Assembly: GCA_973895155.1 (NCBI GenBank)
Contig: OZ316897.1
Location: 2,235,312-2,299,311 of the forward strand
From: Marsupella aquatica
Lineage: Eukaryota > Plantae > Marchantiophyta
Direction: 5' to 3'
Length of the DNA: 64,000 nt
Made by a program: the position numbers and the translations under genes. The notes beneath the pieces are model-generated. The model was not told the origin of the DNA. It made no database searches and saw only the letters and a program-made list of their open reading frames with translations. The stretch's first letter is position 1, and every line of letters starts with the position of its first letter. This document shows positions 13,801-25,649 of this stretch, piece after piece.

Positions 13801-14751
13801 TTGGCAATGTGCTGGAGCCCTGCTAACCTCCTGAGCCCGAACTTCCATTGACGACTGTGATTGGTCTGTTTGAAGCTGCCAGCTGCCTTAATTCCATAGT
13901 AAGACGGCGGACCTGCGTCAACCAATTCGTGAGAAGAACTTGTGATTGGTAGTTCTCTTAAGAAACACTCGCGTCTTCCCATTCCGACAATACTTAGAGC
14001 TTACAAACACATCCTCCAAATTAGCTTCATATCTCCAAACTCAGAAACTCAAACTCACTTGTGCTGCAATAGCTGCCGTGGCATCTCCATCGCCTCCCGA
14101 AGTCCCTTCCCCGTCATCTTTCAAGTGCTTTGATAAGACCTGGTTATCCAAAGTCAACAGGTGAATTCTAGAACCCACACAGTAAAGCGAGTACTGCATC
14201 TAGCTATCAAACACCCGATCAAAACCAGCGAGGAAACCCTGCAAAGAATTCGAATGGCAAGAACTTCACGTCACTGGTCAATAACTTTCTCACTACATGT
14301 CGGAGGCAAACGAAGCTCGACTTGCACAAAATCCAATGCCAGAGCAAACGTACCGTAGAGAGATCTGACAAAAGATCCGAAATCTTGCTGTTCCTAAACA
14401 CAATTGAACCTCCCACACCTGAATGCGATAGACAATAAAACCGCTTTAGAAATTAAGACGCCCACGGCCAAAGGTAGGGCACCCACAGGAATTCACACCC
14501 AACCGATTCTGCGAGCAAAACTCGAAGCCACAGGGAACCCCACCAAACACCTTGGCGCAGACAAACTCAAGTGTGCAGTTTGTGTTAGTAGCTGCCACGA
14601 CCTAATCCCCAAACTCGGTCTCTCGTGCACTTAACTATCAACGCGCTGAATGATGGACGTGCAGTTCTTGCGAATCTTAAGGAGAATTGGACTCACCTGC
14701 ACCAACTAGGATTAACAACTTGGACGCCCCCAGTCCCGCCTGCATAGTCAT
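10859..14751 (-). CDS. DUF1664 family protein (plant, coiled-coil), about 13 coding exons
   Basis: The spliced translation is continuous: MTMQAGLGASKLLILVGAG/VGGSIVFRNSKISDLLSDLST/VLSKHLK.../VRRLTMELRQLAASNRPITVVNG/...LIGVAGYGYMWLR/GWSLSDVMYVTKRNMNNAVASMGKQLDSVSSALV/TTKRQLTSRLD.../EGKIDEVAEKQ/DFANQGIVLLCRF.../...IPRSTSKT*. The GYGYMW.+GW..SD.MYVTKRNM motif is diagnostic of the family. Confidence 0.9.
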
Positions 14752-15143
14752 CTTCACGGCGGCACCCTCCCCGGATTCAATTTCCAGTTATTTCATTACA
14801 CCATCGGGCGCCTAGATGTTCACGGGACACAATTTTCGCCGAAATCACCTATTCCCCACTACAGATCGTCACAAACCGTGTTCAGCCCAGTAACATTGCG
14901 AAGGCCAGTCCTTATCCTGTCGATGTTACCTTCAGCCCAGACCGAGTGTGCAGGAGCAGGTGCCCGGCAAATTGGAGACAAAGATGTCGAACACCTGCTG
15001 CTGGCCACGCACGTTGGCATTATAATTTACTATTAAAGACTGCTACTTGTGAACCTCGCTAAAGTGCCTATCGTTGACCGTGTACAAAAATCAAAAGATA
15101 CGAAATGGATGGTCTGGGGCCTACAACCTCTTCGTCCCTTAAC

Positions 15144-15411
15144 AACTTTCGCTATAATCTACCGGAGCAACAACCTGTTGCGATATATATCGTCAAACAC
15201 TAGTAATTCCCGAGTGAAGTGAGGGCTCTCCCTAGCAGAACTGGTGTCCTTCCATCTATAGGGCCCTTGTCCGGGAGCAATCAACTTTCGCTGTAAAGGA
15301 CCAGGGCAACAACCTGTTGCAATATAAATCCTCAAAAACTATTACTTCTCCAGTGAAGTGACGCCTCTCCCTAACATAACAGTTGTCCTTGCATCCTCAG
15401 AGCTCTTGTCC
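15144..15411. repeat. Diverged ~139-bp direct duplication upstream of the DUF1664 gene
   Basis: AACTTTCGCT...GCAACAACCTGTTGC...AGTGAAGTGA...CTCTCCCTA...CTTGTCC occurs at 15144 and at 15283. Confidence 0.8.
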
Positions 15412-16779
15412 CCAGAGGAAATCGTGCGGAATACGGGAAGAAACCGGGCGAGATTCTTAGTTTTTTCCAGTTGCTTCGGTAGACCATGATAACCGGTAGT
15501 CCCGATCGCAGAGACGTTCAAGTGAACTGCAGGAGCCATCAGTGCAGAAATTTTAGTACGTAGAATTCACAGATCACGGAATGCTCGAAGAGCCCGTGCG
15601 CAGACAGAGTGTATGTACAGGTAAGATTTCTGTGCAGAGCTTCGACAAAATGCTTGAACCGAACGTAGTAGCGAACGAAAACGAGACAGGCTGAGTAGAG
15701 CTTTGAGAGAATGCTTCGACCTTGGTTGCGAACAACTTGAACAAGACAGAGAGTTAATTCACAGAGCTAAGAAGATTGGTGAGCGGAGCTTTACCGAAGT
15801 GCTTGAACCTACAATTGTCGGTGCGAACGAGTTGACAAATCCAACGAGAGCTCCCATAGACTGAGGGAGTGAAGGAGAGAGGGCATAACGAGAGACCTCA
15901 GAATGCTGTAGGGTTTCTTGAGGTCCCTCGACGCCCAGCCATGTTTTCACTAGGCGTAAATCTGACTACTAATTGGCCTACAAAACCTACAATTGGGGTC
16001 TATGCAAACAAGACCTACAATTGGGTCTAGAAGGGCTTCTAGAGTAAAGCATTTGGATGAGATGTATTATTATATTTAGAGCCCTATGCCCTTGCGGTCC
16101 ACTGCGCAAGGAAAGCCAACCCAGAGAGAGTCGGGTTGGGGCATGCCAACCCAGAGAGAGTCGGGTTGGGGCATTTATGGGGCAGCAGGAAACACATATG
16201 TGCTAGAGGTGCACATTTCTTCCATCAATGGTTAGAAAAAACACTCAATCCAATCCAACAAACAACTGTGGATCTTTCTAGTGTAGGAGCTTTTATGTAT
16301 TGGGATGAAGGGAAAAAAAAAACAGGATCCCTTATTATAGTTGTAGATGACAAGATGATTATTTTGTTTTTCTCATTCAAACAATGGATATTCATGCTAG
16401 TTTGCTTTGCCAATAGCTTATTTGAAATCTAGATTGATGAATGATACAAAGGTGGAGAATGGGAAGATTTTGACATATCTTACTACTAATTTGTGAACAA
16501 AGGTCTAGGTTTCTAGAGTGAAGGGTTTGGATGGATGGGAGTATTATTGTATGTCAAGATGATGATGTTATTTTTGTCATATCTCTATTGTTCTTATTGT
16601 AAAAGCGCAAACTAAGTCTACTCTTAAACCACAACTCGGGGTACATAAGGACCCCGAGTCCTGCCCGAGCCATACTGAACCTGCCCGGACCAGGCTGAGC
16701 CCCCCTGCCACCCAAAGTTTGCAGGGCCTGCCCTATCGGGTCCTTGGAGGGCCTCTAACGGTTGCCCTAGTTTTGCTGC

Positions 16780-17480
16780 CTCTCCTCCTAGGCTCGCGAG
16801 TGCGCCTCCCCTCCTGGGCTCCTGAGTGCTCTATAGCTCGCAGCTACCATAGTGTTAGATATTGCTCTAGTCTTGTGACTCATGAGCTAACCACAGTTAG
16901 TCTAGCTCTGGTTAGGACTTAGCTAATGTTAGCGGTAGTGCTGGTGTGCATATAGCCAGGGCTGATGCTAGACCATGGTGGAACTTAGGCTCATTGTTAC
17001 GGAGCTAGTTGAGAGATAGGGAGAGCTTGTGTTGTGGATGCTTGGTATGGCCGGTCGACCTAGAGTGCAGTAAAGCTCTTGTGTGTTCCCGTGGACGTAG
17101 CCTCACGTGGAGGTGAACCACGTATCTCTCTGTGTCGACTCTTGTGCGTTGGATAGTTCATGGGCTTGCCGTTGTGAATGTTGTCTATGCTCAACACATA
17201 GCTGGAGCTTGAAGCTTTTCATTGCCTCCCGATCGCAAGTGCGCCTCCCCTCCTGGGGTTGTGAGTGCTCTGTAGCTGGAAGATGCCATAGCTGGAGCTC
17301 GAAGCTCCTCGTTGCCTCCCGATTGTGAATGCGCCTCCCCTCCTGGGCTCGTTAGTGCTTTGTAGCTCGCAGCTACCATAGCTGGAGCTCGAAGCTCCTC
17401 GTTGCCTCCCAATTGCAAATGCGCCTCCCCTCCTGGGCTCGTGAGTGCTTTGTAGCTCGCAGCTGCCATAGTTGGAGCTC
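16780..17480. repeat. 90-bp tandem repeat (~4 units), first unit split by a solo LTR
   Basis: GCGCCTCCCCTCCTGGG recurs at 16802, 17241, 17331 and 17421. The spacing is 90 bp once the 349-bp LTR+TSD is removed. Confidence 0.9.
16853..17196 (+). mobile_element. Solo LTR (family A)
   Basis: TGTTAG...CTCAACA, 344 bp, perfect TSD CATAG. Confidence 0.92.
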
Positions 17481-18756
17481 GGATCAATGCTAGAGTTCGG
17501 AGGAGAGAGGTGGTACCATGATAACCGCTCCTTGAAGAATCCTATCGAGTATCCAAGTACACCACTAATCCAGGATCTGTCATTTCAAAGCATATATACA
17601 AACTATGAGAACCAGATCAAACCAAAAAATTGGTAAGAAGAGCACAACCCTTGAGTACCCAAAAAAATCAAGTAGGATCTATAACAGTCAATTATTTATC
17701 AGTGTTAGTTGCTCGGCTCTGCTCAATGTCATCCTTTAGCAGTTGCCACATATGACTTTTGTTTCCATTCCATTGTTGTTTTACAGCTGCTATCCATCCA
17801 CCCCGAGGACGTCCACGATCACTTTGAAAGTCGTGCCAATGAGCTGGAGTAGGAACATGTAAGCCAATGTGTGCTACAACAGCAGCCAAAGAGGTATAGG
17901 TGAGGCCTGCACAAAGGGTGGAATGATACAACTGGGAGTAATCATAGGAGAAGACCTCCTAGGCTCATTCTCGCCTGTAATATAAGTCCAACCATGACCA
18001 ACCTCCCCACATCCAATGTGAATTGACCAAAGTTGATGCAACTCGGTCACTCGCTCAACTCTCGGAGTCCTCAAACATCCATGTATATGACATTGAGGTA
18101 GTAACCTGTCCACAAAAGTAGCCACCAGGTTGCGATCAAAAAATGCAACTGTAGCTGGGAGACGAGGTGCTGCTCTACGAGTCGGTTGTGTGTCCGGAGG
18201 TCCTGTAGGCTAAGAACTAGAGAAGGCAAAGGGTCAACAATTGGAGCCGCTCCTGTAGGTTGAGAGTCAGGGACAATGAATGGCTCCTGGTACAAGAAAC
18301 CCACACTCTTGGTGGTCAAACATTTTCTCTTTTGTTTATAATTATAAAAAATGAACTTTGCATACTAGAGTGGTGGAAGGAGAGGATTCATACTTGGAAG
18401 TCTCCCTCATCCACATTGATGTTTGCTCCTAAAGTCACAAGAGTATCTGGATCATCCTCGCGATATAATTCTTCATCTTCCGCATCCGAAGCATATTGCT
18501 CAGCAATGTCCTCCTCCAAGAGAATATCATCCAACACATGTGACTCCATAGCATCCTGAACAATGTTATTGGAATCACAGATGATACAAGAACTTTTGAA
18601 AATAATACATTTTTATTCTGGGAAGTGTCATGACACAGTTCTATGGTAATCCAAACCCTAAACATGACCCAATAAATAAAATCATAGTTTAGAATAGTGT
18701 TTGGCATTATGTATGATAATCTTATGGTTTATAATCTGTGTAACCTAATTGTAGTG

Positions 18757-19210
18757 ACCCTGATTTTATGGTTTGGTTTAGGGTATTATATTAGATCAGT
18801 TATATATGTGTACCCTAAATATAGGTTATAAGGTGTACCCTAATTTCATGGTTTAGTTTAGGGTATTATATTAGATAAGTTATATATGTGTGCCATAAAT
18901 ATAGGTTATAAGGTGTACCCTAATTTCATGGTTTAGTTTAGGGTATTATATTAGATAAGTTATATATGTGTGCCCTAAATATAGGTTACAAGGTGTACCC
19001 TAATTTCATGGTTTAGTTTAGGGTATTATATTAGATAAGTTATATATGTGTGCCCTAAATATAGGTTATAAGGTGTACCCTAATTTCATGGTTTAGTTTA
19101 GGGTATTATATTAGATAAGTTATATATGTGTGCCCTAAATATAGGTTATAAGGTGTACCCTAATTTCATGGTTTCATTTAGGGTATTATATTAGATAAGT
19201 TATATATATG
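18757..19210. repeat. 80-bp tandem repeat, ~5.7 copies, containing TTTAGGG/CCCTAAA motifs
   Basis: AGGTGTACCC at 18831, 18911, 18991, 19071 and 19151; the units are nearly identical. Confidence 0.95.
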
Positions 19211-20006
19211 TCAAAATTATGAGTACATGGAACTAATAACTATAAATGAGTAATTGAGAGAGTGTCCACACCTGATATGGTCGTGAAGGTTGACCTAGAT
19301 CCTGCTGGGCGGTGGGCGATGATACTGCCTCAGGCGGAATTTGAGCTGCCTTCGCTTCTCGCCATGCCTGAAGCTCTTGAACCGCAGGTCGCACTCAATC
19401 GAGCAGCCATGTCACAACGGTAGAGTGTGTTGTGTCTGGTCCAAGCAAGCCTCGAAGGTCCTCCCATTCATCCCACCATTCAAGTGGGACCCGGATTTCT
19501 GGCTTGGCATCCGGTCTTCGTCTCTTCTTGTAATCTATATCATCACTCGGATAACGCTATCTAGGTGGACCCCCTCCCTTGGGCGATGTTTCCGCCTCCC
19601 ATCTGGAAGATCCGGGGGCTGACCCCCGGTGCTCATAGAACCCTACCCTAAACCAAAACCCTAACCCTAACCCTGACCTCTAAGAAAATACCCCTAACCT
19701 CTACAACAGAGACCGGATGCCAAGCCAAACCCGGTAAAACAAAAACTAAATTGACAAAAATAAATGAATGGGCAAATACAAAGGGAAAGAGAAGAGAAAA
19801 GAAAAAACACCTTGGGAAGTCAATTTGCAAATGAGGCATTGTGTATCCACATTGCCCCTTTTGCCCTCATGCCCCTCCTCCCCACTGCCTGGTACGTACA
19901 CCTACCTGAAACCCTAGGAAGACATTGAGGTGGCCGCTGTTTTATCTGTTTTGGCACCCCCAATAGGGAGAGCAATCACAGATGCAAAACATGCGCGTTT
20001 TCCACA

Positions 20007-20078
20007 GTGCACAACAGGATTTGAACCTCTAACCTGCTGCTTGTGAGGCAAAAGCACTAACCAGTGAACCAAGAGGAC
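20007..20078 (-). pseudogene. tRNA-derived sequence (Val-CAC-like pseudo-tRNA or SINE head)
   Basis: The minus strand shows an A-box TGGTTCACTGG, anticodon arm TTGC-CTCACAA-GCAG and B-box GGTTCAAATCC. The acceptor stem does not pair. Confidence 0.6.
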
Positions 20079-21025
20079 TCATCGAAGGATAGTTACTATC
20101 AACTATAGATAAAGTCATCTGAAAGATAGCAATCCTACCGGGACCTGCTATGGGCGGATGCCCGCACAGGTTTCTTCACCCGGTCGCCCGATAGTACTCC
20201 GGCCCACATGTCCCTGCCCGACCTGCCTGAAAATCTCGGGGGGTTAACTAAGTCTATATTTTGGGGTACCACGTGCGATCCTAGCCTAATATAAATAGGC
20301 CTATTTTATAAAGAAAATATTCCAAGAATATTCTTTATTTTCAATATTAATAACCTATTTTACTTTATAAAAGGTATACATCGAAGAATATTCCATAAAC
20401 ATGAGTTTATAATACCTTCTTTTGCCTCATACACTTTTAAAAAATTTAGTTAATTTCTATCAAAAATACCTATTTTGGATCACACGTGGTTCCTAAGATT
20501 TTTGATAGTCAACCCCCCGAGCCAAAAATTCAAAATTCAAATTTTTGGGCCTCCACCAATCACATTGCTTGGATAGTTTTTTTCATTTTTCTCACTCATT
20601 TTTCACTCTTTCAAGATCTGGTTTTTCCTGAGACGTAGATCTCGGAGAGACCTGCATTTTGAGCCATAGATTGGCTCATTTGACAAACAAACGAAAATGA
20701 TCGGGCTCCCAATCGGAGGGCTGCGGAAGGGCGCTTGTCCGGGGACACCACAATCGCGTTTTGGGAGTGACTACTCTGGGTCACTCGACATATTTTATAC
20801 AGTGATTAGTGGTTTAAGGGCCTAGGGTCTAGAGTGAAACCTCTGGACCATAACCCTCAATAGAGACAAAAGTGATCATGAGTCTCAATAAATAAAACTT
20901 TAAATGAGGATGGACAAAAATGATATTGATTCCAAATAAAGACAAAACTGAAATGAGGGTGGACAAAAACAAGGATGAGGCAAAGATTAACTGAAATAGG
21001 AGATAAATTTTATTATCGATCAATG

Positions 21026-21521
21026 TGTTTGGGATAATCCTTATCTCGAGACACCATGCACATGTGAACACCATACAAAGTAGTCGACACAGCAAGTATG
21101 TGGTTCACCTCATGACTGAGGCTACATCCACGGGAAAGCAAGAGACCTTTACTTCTCTCTTGTCCAACTCCAACAATGAACTGAAGATCCACCAGGGGCG
21201 CATCAGCCCTCGTTATATACAGCATGCATCATTGTTAACCTAAGTTAAGTCCTAACCTAAGTTAGCCGTGAACACCATACAAAGTAGTTGACACAACTAG
21301 TACGTGGTTCACCTCACAACTAAGGCTACATCCATGGGAAAGCAAGAGACCTTTACTTCTTTCTTGCCCAACTCCAACAATGAACTAAAGATCCACCAAG
21401 GGCTGGCATCAGCCCTAGTTATATACAACATGCATCACTGCTAACCTAAGCTAAGCCCTAACCTGAGTTAGCCTAACTATGGTTAGCTCTAGAGTCACAA
21501 GACTAAGAACAATACTCAACA
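21026..21521 (-). mobile_element. Solo LTR related to family A, with an internal ~204-bp tandem duplication
   Basis: TG...CA ends and perfect TSD CAATG. The reverse complement shares AGTCTTGTGACTC..GAGCTAACCA.AGTTAG and GAGGTGAACCACGTA with 5606-5948. Segment 21064-21267 repeats from 21268. Confidence 0.88.
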
Positions 21522-22417
21522 CAATGCAAGATTTATTTTTCATATTATATTCAAGGAACAGGTAATTGGGCTAGTTCAAAGAATGGGTATTCATGTTGGT
21601 TTTCCTATACCTTGTTTGAAAATAACAAATATGCCAAAATAAATTTGTTTTTGTTATCACCAGTGCCACAAGTATCAAATTGAAACTTCAAGATCATCGG
21701 CAAGAGCCTATACATTTGTGTCAAAGTTGATACTTCATAATCCCACAGAAACAATAAATTGAACAATCAAAACTATGGCATGCATCTAGATTCTAACCTC
21801 AAACACTCTACATTGTAACCTCAATCTAAACTATTAGTAACTCTCAATTACTGCACGTGGGCTGTAGCCTATCTAAGAGGCTAATATAAGCTATAAATAA
21901 TTAAAAATACTACTAGAAGATGAAATTCACTCCTATAATAGCCTAGTTATAACACTTGATGTGTGTATCTATCTTGACTATTGATAAAATGTATGTCTTC
22001 CTTGAATGCACCTCAAACCATTTCACCAACATTCAAAATATTAGATCTAAGGGATACCAATGCATGCATTGGGATTAGCTGGCCACGCTCCAATATTGTA
22101 CTAGGCAATTGCTTTTGGACCATAACCATGATTCAAGATACCAATAAGAGTCACCAAGATCCTCTACACCCCATCCAATAATTTTGAGCAACGGACATTC
22201 TTGAGCGTAGTCTTGCAATGATTCATCTTATCATGAATCATACACAATACCTCCTTCGCCCAGTGAACCATCTCAAACCTCCAAGCATGATACAACATCC
22301 TTACGTTAGTGTGATCTCTATCTTCATCAACCTTCAAAAGTTCTCTTTCCTCTCATCCACTAGTTATTTTTAATTTTTGTTAATCTAATTGGCAATCATT
22401 TGTGCACTTAAAAAAAT

Positions 22418-25180
22418 TGTAGGATTTAATGGATAACATGATGTCTCAAAATCACCATACATATGGCACACAAGTACACCAACACAAAGACACTTGGTTC
22501 ACTTTGTTTGGGCTACCTCCACAATAGCACCAAGAGCTTCAACTATTAACACAAAATGTACATCACTATAGCTCTAGCTATATATGGTCCAAGCTCTCCC
22601 TCTAGCTCTCTCTTACACACACCAAGTTCTCTACTAAATGCTCTTTCTCTATGGGATACAAAGAGCCAGGGTCATCCCTTCATGAAAAGTTTAGTCAAGT
22701 AATGTTAACTTCGGTTAACTTACTCTAGCTAACCCGACCAAGGTCAAAACCTTAACAAATTGCCCCTTGACTCTAGCTTTAGGCTAGCTACTAGCAATCT
22801 AAAGTTAAGATTTGCAGTGAATTGCAATATCTTGCAAAATCACCATGAGGGATAACCTTGGTCAACATGTTAGTTGGGTTGAGTTAACCATCATTCTTGA
22901 CTAGCTCAATCTTTCCTGTTGACATTACTTATTTGTTTGCCTATTTGATGAAGTGATATTGGATATTATATTGTGTACTAGCTCAATACCTGTGCATTGC
23001 ACAAAAGATGTCATGACGGCCAAGATGTCATTGAGAACAAAAGAGGTCGTGTCGGCCAAGAGGTTGTTGAGAAGAAAGATGTTGTGTCAGCCAAGAGGTC
23101 ATTGAGAAGAAAAATGTCGTGTCGCCCAAGATGTAGTTGAGAACAAAAGATGTCGTGTTGGCCAAGATGCTAGTGATAACAAAAGATGTCGTGTCAGTCA
23201 AGAGGTCATTGAGAAGGAAGATGTCGAGTCAACCAAGAGGTTGTTGAGAAGGAAGATGCCGTGTCGGCCAAGATGTCGGTGATAACAAAAGATGTAGTGT
23301 CGGCCAAGTTGTTGAGAACAAAAGATGTTGTGAAGCAAATACCCATGTGTTGCACAATAGATGTCATGAAGAAAAAGATGTTGTGTCCCCCAAGATGTTG
23401 TTAAGAAAAAATATGTCATGACGCCCAAGATGTTATTAAGGAAAAGTTGTCATGTCATCTAAGATGTCATTAAGAAAAGCAGACATTGTGTCGCCCAAGC
23501 TGTTGTTATTTTAAGAAAAAAGATGTTGTGTCACCCAAGATACCGTTAAGAAAAAAAGATGTCCAGGTGTCGCATAAGATGTTCTTAAGAAAAAACTATC
23601 GCACAAAAAGGACGCAGAAAATGAGTAACAACAATCACAAACTATCACTAGTTAAGAATGATCCGAAGAATGATTTTTGTCTTTGTATTTTTCATGTTTT
23701 AATTCCTTGTAAACCTTCTAAAATGTGAAGAAACTACACATGATGAAGCTGTAGTTATTGCCCTCAATGTGTTACCATTTCATTCAAAAACATATCCCTT
23801 TTTTTTAGTGTACTTATTTTCTTGGAGCAAGTACCAAGTGGAGGGGCGAGTCTAAATTGAGTTCATTGTATAGCACATGCAAATATAGTAAACTCTAGAT
23901 AAGTGACACTCACTATCTGATTGCACTAATTTGTTTTTCCATTCCTTGATAAGTGCACACCCCCTAAAATTTTCACTTAGTAATAAATGGCATCTCCATA
24001 GGTGAGTAGCCGTGTCACTCATTACACAAAATGTGAATACTTGCCCTAAATTTGATGTCCATAAGTCCAAATTTTCCTTTACCTAAAAAGGGTGTGCACT
24101 TATCAGTAAATGCAATCTCATTGGATTATGTGCTTACTGATAAATGTACCATCTTTCTTAGTTTGAGTACAAAATGCACTTATAAATTGTTTTTGCACTT
24201 ACTAAAGTTATCATTCAGCTAAATGATTTGATATCTATTTGGCCTTAGAAAAGGTGAAAAAAATGCAAACTTCTTGTAAAATGAGAAGAAAGAATATGAT
24301 GCCTTCTACTAAACCAAATTGGCTCTTGGACAGAACCAATTGTACATTAGGGCATGGGTAAATATTGTATAGAGAAGGATTGAGAGAGATTAGGGATTGG
24401 GCTTGCCGTGACAAATACATTAAGTCACAATATGTACTTGCAAGGACAATGGGAGGATAGAGGGGGGAATCCATTGGCCTACTATAGGGAAAGTATCGAG
24501 GGAAGAATAGAAAGGATTGTTTGTATTTGTTTTGCAGGGTTACCTTTTTGCATGGTTTGGTTAATTTATTTCTTCTATACTAAGTTTCTTTAGATTTTTT
24601 TTGACACAGAAACTCCAAATTCAAATGACGACCACTTCAAAAAAGGGGCGCAACTCTTTATTATAGTTCTTGATAAGTGTGCCCATGTGTCATTTGGTTG
24701 GTAGCAATATGTAAAGCACTATTCCTATCACAATAGAGAAGCACAATGCATTGTGTAATCTTCAAATCTTTCACCAGGTTGCTTAATAATCAAATTATCT
24801 CACTAGTTGCTTCAGTTGCTGCCACATATTTAGCTTCAGTAAGATATGGATTTTTGTTTTGTGTATCTTTAACTCACACTTCCACCTGCAAAAGTAAAAG
24901 TGCATCTGAGAGTGTCTCCTGAGGTGGATTTCCTCTCTTCCAAATCTCTTCCATAGTCAGAATCCATATAGCCAATCAATGATTGAACTACATGATGTTC
25001 ACTATGTGCATCAAATAGCAGGCCAACAATAGTGGTTCCTAGCTTGTAGATAACGTAGTATCCACTTCATTGTTTTTCAATAAATTTGTCCTGAATTAGC
25101 CATGTACCTGCTCACCAATCCAATAGTAATGTGTTATATTGGACCTAATACAAACCATCTACTTATATAATATGGAATGC
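22418..25180 (-). mobile_element. Decayed Ty1/copia remnant (3' LTR 22418-22757, PPT, RNase H/RT fragments), interrupted by a Helitron-like insertion
   Basis: On the minus strand AAGGGGCAATT precedes TGTTAAG...CCTACA. Peptide fragments IQYHFI and NPTNMLTKVIP (~22850-22970), TEAKYVAATEA, FTFAGG, IGYMDSD and VSRYMANSG (~24800-25120) are present. Confidence 0.75.
22978..24700 (-). mobile_element. Helitron-like non-autonomous element (3' end at 22978; 5' end not defined) with a ~36-bp degenerate minisatellite (23005-23620)
   Basis: The minus strand ends TTTGTGCAATGCACAGGTATTGAGCTAG|T, i.e. a deaminated CCCGTGCAACGCACGGG hairpin plus the CTAG terminus followed by T. Confidence 0.55.
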
Positions 25181-25649
25181 TGCCCATTTATGGGCTTCGT
25201 CTGCTTACAAATATCTGAAAAGGCGGGAACAAATCCAAATCGTCCATTGAAAAGAAGATTTTTAATGACCATTGGATGACACCAAAATCATCCAAGTGTC
25301 TCCCCTCATTTCTATCTCACATGCAAACAAAAAAAGTACATGATTGTGACCACCTTAGAAACCAATGTTCATCTGACCACTTTACATGCTCTAATTATAC
25401 TTGCTGACAATTGTACTTGAAGGTACAATGATTATGGAGCTAATTAGAATGTACTTTTTGGTTTCTCATCATGGACTCATGGAGGTTATATTGGAGTATA
25501 ATTAGTATACTCCCCAAAAGATATGACAATAGGTAGAGGGATAGAGAGAAATTGGCACATGAAGAGTTTAATACATGGAGAAAAGTAAGAAGAGATGGGG
25601 AAAAGATAAGGAAAACAACTTGGTATAGTTGCATGTTTTAGTGCACAAC

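Larger units (their letters stand above)
16621..20245 (-). mobile_element. Putative DNA transposon remnant carrying a decayed, spliced transposase gene (Kolobok-like motif pattern)
   Basis: Flanked by the direct repeat AACTAAGTCTA (16610-16620 / 20246-20256), with CCTGCCCG-type motifs clustered near both ends. Minus-strand exon fragments read ...DAMESHVLDDILLEED.../EPFIVPD...CHIHGC...IGCGEVGHGWTY...YHSTLCAGLTYTSLAAVVAHIGL...DFQ...WIAAVKQQW.../DPGLVVYLDTR*DSSRSGYHGT, with frameshifts and stops. Confidence 0.6.

Noticed and set aside
17191-17487. 98-aa ORF made of 30-aa repeats
   Set aside because: It is a translation of the 90-bp tandem repeat and is interrupted by a solo LTR; no independent coding evidence.
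19645-19680. CCCTAA runs considered as an interstitial telomere
   Set aside because: Only a few imperfect units are present; this fits a telobox-like tract inside a TE better.
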